This document shows, in pieces, positions 16,401-22,434 of a DNA stretch of 32,458 nucleotides. Positions within the stretch are counted from its first letter, which is position 1, and every line of letters begins with the position of its first letter. The notes under the pieces are model-generated. The model did not search any database, was not told the DNA's origin, and was given only the letters and a program-made list of their open reading frames with translations. The stretch is from assembly GCA_004322375.1 (NCBI GenBank), contig SCUC01000328.1, positions 1-32,458 on the forward strand. The letters run 5' to 3'. A program made the translations under genes and the position numbers. The DNA is from Bacteroidota bacterium. Lineage in GTDB: Bacteria; Bacteroidota; Ignavibacteria; UBA10030; SZUA-254.

Positions 16401-16440
16401 AACTATGATTAATGTGATTGAATGATGACTATGATTTATA
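16401..16440 (+). repeat. 40-bp TGATT-rich junction element, copy 1.
   Basis: AACTATGATTAATGTGATTGAATGATGACTATGATTTATA is 33/40 identical to 18741-18780 by manual alignment. Confidence 0.8.
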
Positions 16441-16822
16441 GCTTTGTGATTACCGTATCCGATTGAAACATGGGTTCGGGTTTGGCGGCGAGCTCATCAT
16501 TATCGAGCTTGAGGCTTCCCTCCTTTATTAGCGTAAGCGTTTGCATAGCGTTGTTATACATATCCTTTCTGCGGTTGTACTCGACTTCCTCGATCTTCCC
16601 CTGCTGTCCTGTCGTGAACCAGGTTACGAGAGCGCAAGCGATGTTGCGCAGGATGGGACGCGCATCTGCAGGCGTTGCCGGTACGGGGATTTGAAGCGTG
16701 AGCGCAATGATGTCGTCCACCTGAAGGATTGTTTCATCGAGCCCGTCGGGAGCTTCGGCGGCAGTGAGCCAGCTGTTTTTTTGTGCGAACGATTTGAGAA
16801 TTTCTTGATTTACAAAGCTCAT
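16436..16822 (-). CDS. Head-tail connector/adaptor-like protein (DUF1320/gp36-like or gp6-like).
   Basis: 128 aa whose overall pattern (..PVPATPADARPILRNIACALVTWF...RRKDMYNNAMQTLTLIKEGSLKL) resembles Mu gp36-type proteins. Tentative. Confidence 0.45.
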   Translation of the reverse strand: MSFVNQEILKSFAQKNSWLTAAEAPDGLDETILQVDDIIALTLQIPVPATPADARPILRNIACALVTWFTTGQQGKIEEVEYNRRKDMYNNAMQTLTLIKEGSLKLDNDELAAKPEPMFQSDTVITKL

Positions 16823-16847
16823 TTATAGACCTATAATTAATAGTTTT

Positions 16848-16901
16848 ACACACCCCTTCCCCCTCTTCCGCCAAAGGCGGATCTTCGACAGAGGGGAATT
16901 A
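16848..16901 (+). repeat. REP-like element copy C with a second hairpin (CCGCC-AAA-GGCGG, 16868-16880) nested in its loop.
   Basis: ACACACCCCTTCCCCCTCT-[TCCGCCAAAGGCGGATCTTCGAC]-AGAGGGGAATTA. Confidence 0.8.
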
Positions 16902-17047
16902 TCTACGGGATTGCAATTATTTGCAAATAATGTAACTACGAAAAGAGAAAAAAAAACCCGACAGGTACATGTCGGTATTTATAGATATACGGGCTTAGTA
17001 CATTGCAACGTGGAAATTGTATTCAAATGTTTCAAAGGATTGTTTTT

Positions 17048-17590
17048 GTGAAGGAAAAAATTTTAGCATTGCTCAAGGCGTTGAATTTGCCTGATGAAAA
17101 GTTTAACGAGGTCAAGGCGAAAATCGAGGAACTCAAACTGGATGCTCCGTCCAGCGAGCAAAAAACCACGACAGAGGTCGGAATTACGGGGGAATTAAAG
17201 ACGCTCATTGACGCGTTGCGTCAGGATAACAAGGAACTGAAGGACGCTTTAGCCGCGGAGAAAACGGAGCGGGAAAATGGAATCAAGTCTCAAAAAGAAC
17301 GCGCCGACGCCGAGGCGAAAGCGAAGCGGGAAGCGTTCGTGAAAAAGATGAAAGACGAGGGGCGCGTCGCGGAAGCTGATGTGCCTACGCTGGAGACACT
17401 TTTACAGGCAAACTTCGATGCGACGGTGAAAGCGTATGAAACGAGACCGGTATTACCAGGGTTTAAGCCGGCGGATGACGGGAAGGGAAAGAAAGGCAGT
17501 GAGCCGGGAGCGCAAGGCGGGGAACAAAACAAGCAGACGCCTGCGGAGTTGCGAGCGGCTGCGGCTGCGGCGTTCAAGCAACCAAGTTAA
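17048..17590 (+). CDS. Scaffolding-like protein (start uncertain: TTG 17003, ATG 17027 or GTG 17048).
   Basis: K/E/A-rich and coiled-coil-like, directly upstream of the capsid gene. GTG 17048 has AAAGGA 8 nt upstream. Confidence 0.55.
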   Translation: MKEKILALLKALNLPDEKFNEVKAKIEELKLDAPSSEQKTTTEVGITGELKTLIDALRQDNKELKDALAAEKTERENGIKSQKERADAEAKAKREAFVKKMKDEGRVAEADVPTLETLLQANFDATVKAYETRPVLPGFKPADDGKGKKGSEPGAQGGEQNKQTPAELRAAAAAAFKQPS

Positions 17591-17689
17591 GGGTATTTAG
17601 TTCCGACTGCGGGAACGCTCTACGAGCCATAGGCAGTCGGGAGCAAATTGAAATTATTTTTTAATAACAATTATTTGAAGGGTTAGAAA

Positions 17690-18661
17690 ATGCGGTTACG
17701 AACATTATCTGGAAATAGCGGCGAGAACGGAAACAGCAATCCGGCGCTGCGAGCGCTCGTTTTGAATGCAATGATTGAGGCGTCGCCATTACTCGACCTG
17801 ATCGAGCTGTACCAGATGGCGGGTAATGCGGATACGCCGCGCAAGGCGTCGGACAAGGTTGGCGGCGCGGCGCGCGCCGTTGACAACGATTACGCCGGCG
17901 AAACAACTGCTCCTGCATTCGGCAGCATCACGTTAAAAATTTACGGGGATAAAATCAAGACGGATATTGCGCACATCCGGCGCGGGCAGGATATCGGCAG
18001 CTTGCGGGCGGCTGACCTGGAGGTGTTTGCCCAGGGCTTGGGCCGGCATCTCACCGATCACATCATTAACGGCGACGTGGATGATGACGCAAGGTATTTC
18101 AACGGCTTGAAGGCGCAGATTGCGGCAGCGCAGACGTTGACGCTTGGGGACGCTGACGACGGGTATCTCGTGCAGTTCGGTAACAGCGATGACGCGAAGA
18201 AGAGCCAGGAAGTCTTCCTGTTTTACTTGGACAAGCTGATTAATTCAGTCGCCGGCGGTCCTTCTGCGTTAATTATGAATTCTACCGCCAAGAGCTATCT
18301 CGAGACTATCGGGCGCGGGTTGGTTACCGTGCAGAACGTGAACGCGGCGTTCGGTCAGAATCAGACATTGACCTTGTACAAGAATATTCCCGTGATTTCA
18401 GCGGGGTATAACAAGGCGATGAGCGCTGAAGTTATTCTTCGAAATGAAGTTGTCGGCGCGTCCGAGGACTGCACCTCTATCTATGCTCCGAAGTTCGGCG
18501 AGAAACAATTTGTCACGTTTGCGACGAATGTCGGCGTGCAGGTTCAGGATTTAGCGCAGGTTGGTAGTCAGCTCGTTACGATGGTTGACTTCGACATTGA
18601 CATGGTGATCCTTTCGGCGAATAGCGCATGGCGGTTGAACGGCGTGCGATTCGGGATGTAG
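17690..18661 (+). CDS. Major capsid protein (candidate).
   Basis: 323 aa following the scaffold-like gene. The call rests on size and position only. Confidence 0.65.
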   Translation: MRLRTLSGNSGENGNSNPALRALVLNAMIEASPLLDLIELYQMAGNADTPRKASDKVGGAARAVDNDYAGETTAPAFGSITLKIYGDKIKTDIAHIRRGQDIGSLRAADLEVFAQGLGRHLTDHIINGDVDDDARYFNGLKAQIAAAQTLTLGDADDGYLVQFGNSDDAKKSQEVFLFYLDKLINSVAGGPSALIMNSTAKSYLETIGRGLVTVQNVNAAFGQNQTLTLYKNIPVISAGYNKAMSAEVILRNEVVGASEDCTSIYAPKFGEKQFVTFATNVGVQVQDLAQVGSQLVTMVDFDIDMVILSANSAWRLNGVRFGM

Positions 18662-18740
18662 TATCAATACGCGATGAAAAGTCCCGCTCTGTGGGAGTGT
18701 TGCTACCTCCTCCCATGGGGCGGGAGACTTAAAATGTCTA

Positions 18741-18780
18741 AACTGTGATTCGCATGATTGAATGATGTCTATGATTTATT
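18741..18780 (+). repeat. 40-bp TGATT-rich junction element, copy 2.
   Basis: AACTGTGATTCGCATGATTGAATGATGTCTATGATTTATT. Confidence 0.8.
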
Positions 18781-18822
18781 TTGTTTGTTTTTTTTTATCA
18801 ATTATTTTTTAAGGGTAACGTT

Positions 18823-19332
18823 ATGAAAAGTATTTTGAATTTTATTGTGATGATCTCCTTTCTTTTTATCGTTGTTGCCGAAACGGCGGAAGCGTCGTGG
18901 ACGAAGAACGCGGTGGAAGTCCGGTTAGACAAAGGCGGGCGTATGTGGTCGTTCCAGGCGTCGGTTGACTCGGTTGCGAATGACACCAGCAAGGCGTTCA
19001 CGTTCGACGGGTTTATGATAGATTCGACTGCCAGGTATGGCGTGAGCTACGGAGCGATACATAGCTCTACTGCAGGAGCGTCGTTAATCAAGGTATATAT
19101 CCAGGGAAGCTATGACGCCAGCAACTGGGTTGCAGTACAAACATTACTCGGAGCCTCCGACTCTTCTAGCGTTGAGACTTATCAAACGGGAATAACATAT
19201 TTGAATACCGGCAACCCGACAGGAGTCTTGCAGCGTTTCCCGTATTACCGGGTCATCATTGACGGTCAGCCGGGAAATAGAAGTGATTGCGTGGTGTATT
19301 TGCGGCTGCACCCGTGGAAGCGCGATCTCTGA
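18823..19332 (+). CDS. Secreted or membrane-anchored hypothetical protein.
   Basis: From ATG 18823: MKSILNFIVMISFLFIVVAETAEA-SW, a signal-peptide-like N-terminus. The remainder is Ser/Thr/Gly-rich and beta-rich in character. Confidence 0.55.
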   Translation: MKSILNFIVMISFLFIVVAETAEASWTKNAVEVRLDKGGRMWSFQASVDSVANDTSKAFTFDGFMIDSTARYGVSYGAIHSSTAGASLIKVYIQGSYDASNWVAVQTLLGASDSSSVETYQTGITYLNTGNPTGVLQRFPYYRVIIDGQPGNRSDCVVYLRLHPWKRDL

Positions 19333-19412
19333 TCGCGCCCGCCTGCCGGACGGGCAGGATTAAACTTGAGCCAGAGGCTCATCAGACTTTGGCTGAGATT
19401 ACACGGATTGAT

Positions 19413-19421
19413 TGGTATAAT
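19413..19421 (+). promoter_or_regulatory. Extended -10 promoter candidate TGGTATAAT upstream of the lysis genes.
   Basis: TGnTATAAT read directly, with no good -35. It lies about 108 nt before the holin-like start. Confidence 0.4.
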
Positions 19422-19528
19422 TTTGCGGGAAGGTCTGGTGACCCGGCGAGACTCATAACCTCGTCTGAGACAGGATCGTAACCTGTTCCCGCTACAAAAC
19501 TTTGATTTAATGATTGGTATGATTTACG

Positions 19529-19762
19529 ATGAACGGAAACACGGGAAATAGAAAGTTGAAAGCGTTTTATTGGACGCTGGCATGCATCATGGTTGTGATT
19601 GTCGTCTCGATGTTTAAGGGAATTAATTTGAGCGGCGATAACATCGTAACACTCGTCATGACAATGGGCGGCGTGAGCGCGATGTTTTTTGGCGGGAACG
19701 CGGCTGAGTGGCTTTCACAGAGACCCGCAGGCGTGAAGCCTGCGGCTACAAAGGAAATATGA
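19529..19762 (+). CDS. Holin candidate.
   Basis: 77 aa with two hydrophobic helices and a charged C-terminus, directly upstream of the endolysin. Confidence 0.5.
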   Translation: MNGNTGNRKLKAFYWTLACIMVVIVVSMFKGINLSGDNIVTLVMTMGGVSAMFFGGNAAEWLSQRPAGVKPAATKEI

Positions 19763-19781
19763 GCGCAAGGGAAAATAAGTG

Positions 19782-20210
19782 ATGCAGAGGGAAATAGCAA
19801 AGACGATTGCGCTTGAAGGCGGTTATGTTTGTGATCCGAACGACTCCGGCGGTGAGACGAAGTTCGGGATCTCAAAGAAATCATTTCCCGATGTTGATAT
19901 AAAAAATTTAACTCCAGAAATTGCTGCGGGGTTATATAAAACATATTATTGGGACAAATTGCACCTCGACGGTTATTCGAATATACAGTTTAGGTGGAAG
20001 TTGTTTGACGTAGCCGTCAATCAAGGCGTTGGAACTGCTATGGCGTTTATTACAATCTTGAAAAATAAGGATAACCGCGAGGGTGTGTTTGAACTTGCTG
20101 AAATGCAGATGAAACGGTACATAAATTTAGTAATTTCAAAGCCGTCGTTGTTGAAGTTTTTGCGCGGATGGGGAAATAGGGCGTTTGAACTGGGGGATGA
20201 TCTGTTATGA
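19782..20210 (+). CDS. Endolysin, glycoside hydrolase family 108-type lysozyme.
   Basis: N-terminus ALEGGYVCDPNDSGGETKFGIS (EGGY...D.GG.T.fGI, the GH108 signature). ATG 19782 is preferred over GTG 19779. Confidence 0.8.
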   Translation: MQREIAKTIALEGGYVCDPNDSGGETKFGISKKSFPDVDIKNLTPEIAAGLYKTYYWDKLHLDGYSNIQFRWKLFDVAVNQGVGTAMAFITILKNKDNREGVFELAEMQMKRYINLVISKPSLLKFLRGWGNRAFELGDDLL

Positions 20211-20866
20211 AGTTCAGAACTATTGAGCCAGAGGCTCATCAGCCTTTTGCTGAGATTCGTGTGATTGTTGTGGTGACTGTGATTGTAATGGGTGTTATGT
20301 TGATCGGATGCGGGGGAACGATAACGAAAGATACGTTGATACAGGAGGTGACGGATACTGTTTATGTGCCGGGTAAATCAATAGCGATCGAGACTGCATC
20401 TGATAGTATCACTTATGATGTCGCACAGGAAGAGAGCAATGAGCCGGGAGCGATGAGTATAGAGCATAGATCTTTGAGCTATGAAGAGAAGGTAGAGAAA
20501 ATGCGTGAGGCTTCGGAGCGGGCAGCTAAACGAGCGGATTTACTACTTAAGGGCGATACCCCCTCTATTCTCCCCCTGAAGAAACAAGGAGAGACACGAT
20601 TGAAGGGGTTTACTGCTATGGTTGAGACAACGCTGCAGGGCGTACGGATACGGCTGCAATATCAGTCGCCGGCGGATTGGTGGAAAATAAGCTTCATCGA
20701 GGGCGACACGTTCGCAACCAAGAGCCGGATGGATACGAGTAAGACGACAATCATTGAGCGACCTATTCCGTATGTGCCGTTCTGGTGTTATCTGACGTTG
20801 GTTGTGATAGGCGGGTTGCTCGTTTTTATCGGATTGCCAAAATTAAAAAGTTTAGTAGGTTTGTAA
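20207..20866 (+). CDS. Unimolecular spanin candidate (N-terminal lipobox plus C-terminal TM).
   Basis: ATGA overlap with the endolysin. Signal peptide VIVMGVMLIGC (lipobox LIGC), and C-terminal helix FWCYLTLVVIGGLLVFIGL. Confidence 0.45.
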   Translation: MKFRTIEPEAHQPFAEIRVIVVVTVIVMGVMLIGCGGTITKDTLIQEVTDTVYVPGKSIAIETASDSITYDVAQEESNEPGAMSIEHRSLSYEEKVEKMREASERAAKRADLLLKGDTPSILPLKKQGETRLKGFTAMVETTLQGVRIRLQYQSPADWWKISFIEGDTFATKSRMDTSKTTIIERPIPYVPFWCYLTLVVIGGLLVFIGLPKLKSLVGL

Positions 20867-21060
20867 TGCCTGAAAAAACAGACAGAGAACTATTGCAGGA
20901 AACTCATGACGAAGTGATTATGCTTCGTTCAGAAGTAAAGGGGTTACGTGAATCGAAAGACGATCACGAAACAAGGTTGAGAATTTTGGAACGTTATGGC
21001 GCCATTATGATCGGTGGGGGTTTAGTGTTACAGTTTATTTTAACGAAAGTACATTTTTAA
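20866..21060 (+). CDS. Small tail-anchored membrane protein (lysis accessory?).
   Basis: ATG overlaps the upstream TAA. It has a coiled-coil N-terminus and the C-terminal helix AIMIGGGLVLQFIL. Confidence 0.4.
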   Translation: MPEKTDRELLQETHDEVIMLRSEVKGLRESKDDHETRLRILERYGAIMIGGGLVLQFILTKVHF

Positions 21061-21071
21061 GGAATATTGTT

Positions 21072-21533
21072 ATGCCGGTAATTGATTTTGATAAAGTACA
21101 AGTCGGGGAGTGTGAAGTTCTGTATAAAATCCGCGCAACGAAGAGCGAAGAAACGGCGCATGACACGGAGACGGGATGGATAACACTTGGTGAAATTAAG
21201 GATAAAATCATCTTCCAGGGGACGCCGCAGACATTTGTGAACGCGTCCGGCAGGACGGTACAGTTCGGCATGAAGATCGAGGTCGAGCAGATGCCGATCG
21301 AGCAGTTCTCGGATACGGCTATTACCGATCTCGATGCAACGCAGGGCGAAATTGTTGACATCCTGTTCAAAGGGCTGGACGGAGCCTCGAAGAAAGTGTT
21401 AGCCTGCGCGGTGACGTACGCGCCTGATGGGGAATTATCGCCCATGAATCCCCTGGGCATGAAAGTCGGCTTTAACACCATTATTGCCCGGAAGCTGGGC
21501 GACATTGTGAAGAATTATGCAATCGCCTGGTAG
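21072..21533 (+). CDS. Major tail (tube) protein candidate.
   Basis: 153 aa, first gene of the tail module, directly upstream of the chaperone/tape-measure pair. Confidence 0.55.
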   Translation: MPVIDFDKVQVGECEVLYKIRATKSEETAHDTETGWITLGEIKDKIIFQGTPQTFVNASGRTVQFGMKIEVEQMPIEQFSDTAITDLDATQGEIVDILFKGLDGASKKVLACAVTYAPDGELSPMNPLGMKVGFNTIIARKLGDIVKNYAIAW

Positions 21534-21565
21534 ATCACGGATTTTTTTAGCGTGAGCGATGAGCT

Positions 21566-21949
21566 ATGAGCGGTGATAAAAAGAAATATTGTATCGGCGG
21601 GATTGATTTTGTTTTGCGGGACTTGACGTTCGGGGACTTGAGACAGATTGCGCCGTTTGAACACCGCCTCCGGCGGATGATGGCAAGAACCGCAGAGAGC
21701 GCTAAGAGCGCAGAGTCGGCTATTGAGTTTACCATCGAACTTGATAACGCAGTCTATTCGAATGAAATGCTGGATTTTCTTGACGTGATTTTGGTCCCAA
21801 AAAAAATCAGCCGGGTGAAAGAATTTTTAGGGAGTTATCGCCGGGGCTTGGAAAAGATTACGGAGACGGCAATGCAGGAGGTGTTGTCGGATTTTTTTTC
21901 ACGACGGGGGAATGGGAAACAAAGCAGAGGGAGCGATACGACAGGTTAG
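21566..21949 (+). CDS. Tail assembly chaperone (gpG analogue), zero-frame product.
   Basis: 127 aa upstream of the tape measure gene. It contains a slippery T8 run near its 3' end. Confidence 0.65.
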   Translation: MSGDKKKYCIGGIDFVLRDLTFGDLRQIAPFEHRLRRMMARTAESAKSAESAIEFTIELDNAVYSNEMLDFLDVILVPKKISRVKEFLGSYRRGLEKITETAMQEVLSDFFSRRGNGKQSRGSDTTG

Positions 21950-22149
21950 CGCAGAGAGCGTCCGCCAGAGGCGGTTCTACGGCGAAAAACAAGAACGCCT
22001 CCGAGAAGCCTGAGATGGATGTGTTTACGAGGGTGTTGTTTAATCTTAGCACGGCGGGGATCGGGAGCGTGAACGAGATATTGGAGATGCCGTGGAAGGA
22101 AGTATTTGAGTACCAGTATTTGTTGGATTGCAGGTACGTATATACTTAG
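21566..22149 (+). CDS. Tail assembly chaperone frameshift product (gpGT analogue): 21566-21898 joined in the -1 frame to 21898-22149.
   Basis: The -1 frame reads FTTGEWETKQRERYDRLAQRA...NEILEMPWKEVFEYQYLLDCRYVYT* with no stop. The G/GT arrangement is conserved in long-tailed phages. Confidence 0.5.
21892..21898 (+). promoter_or_regulatory. -1 programmed frameshift slippery heptamer T TTT TTT (within the T8 run 21892-21899).
   Basis: Zero-frame codons are GAT TTT TTT TCA. The -1 frame is open for 83 codons from 21898 and contains no start codon until ATG 22014-22016, about 38 codons in, which could account for only its last 45 codons. Confidence 0.6.
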
Positions 22150-22346
22150 GAAGTATTTTCAGCCAGAGGCTGATGCGCCCGCTTTGCGAGGTTCGCTTTA
22201 GCGACCTTTGGCGCAGAATACCAGTATTTGTTGGATTGCAGGTACGTATGTACTTAGGAAGTATTTTCAGCCAGAGGCTGATGCGCCCGCTTTGCGAGGT
22301 TCGCTTTAGCGACCTTTGGCGCAGAGTACCAGTATTTGTTGGATTG
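22111..22346 (+). repeat. 108-bp tandem direct repeat, 2.2 copies (units start at 22111, 22219 and 22327).
   Basis: Copies 1 and 2 differ at 2 positions. The third copy is only the first 20 bp (TACCAGTATTTGTTGGATTG). Each unit contains the hairpins CAGCC-AGA-GGCTG and TGCGCC...GGCGCA. Confidence 0.9.
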
Positions 22347-22356
22347 TACAAGAGTC

Positions 22357-22388
22357 GCCGGCGGGGCGTGAGCAACGCCGGCTTTTTT
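22357..22388 (+). terminator. Rho-independent terminator between the chaperone and tape measure genes.
   Basis: Stem GCCGGCG (22357-22363) / CGCCGGC (22376-22382) followed by T6 (22383-22388). Confidence 0.7.
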
Positions 22389-22401
22389 ATTAACCGGGTG
22401 T

Positions 22402-22434
22402 ACACACCCCTTAATCCCCTCTCAAGAGGGGAAT
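22402..22434 (+). repeat. REP-like element copy D, overlapping the tape-measure RBS and start codon.
   Basis: ACACACCCCTTAATCCCCTCT-CA-AGAGGGGAAT, where the final AT belongs to ATG 22433. Confidence 0.8.

Noticed and set aside
19378-19385. The minus-strand reading CTGATGAG matches the hammerhead ribozyme core.
   Set aside because: The following stem (GCC-UCU-GGC) is not followed by the obligatory GAAA box, and no cleavage-site helix can be formed. The match is a by-product of the GAGCC-AGA-GGCTC hairpin repeat.
19287-19481. 64-aa ORF overlapping the end of 18823..19332 and the intergenic region.
   Set aside because: It is composed largely of hairpin/REP sequence and the promoter-like region. 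It has no RBS and overlaps a better ORF.
22131-22161. CAG|GTACGTAT ... TATTTTCAG looks like eukaryotic 5' and 3' splice signals inside each 108-bp repeat unit.
   Set aside because: The context is bacterial/phage, the segment is only ~30 nt, and it has no group I/II intron features. Judged coincidental.
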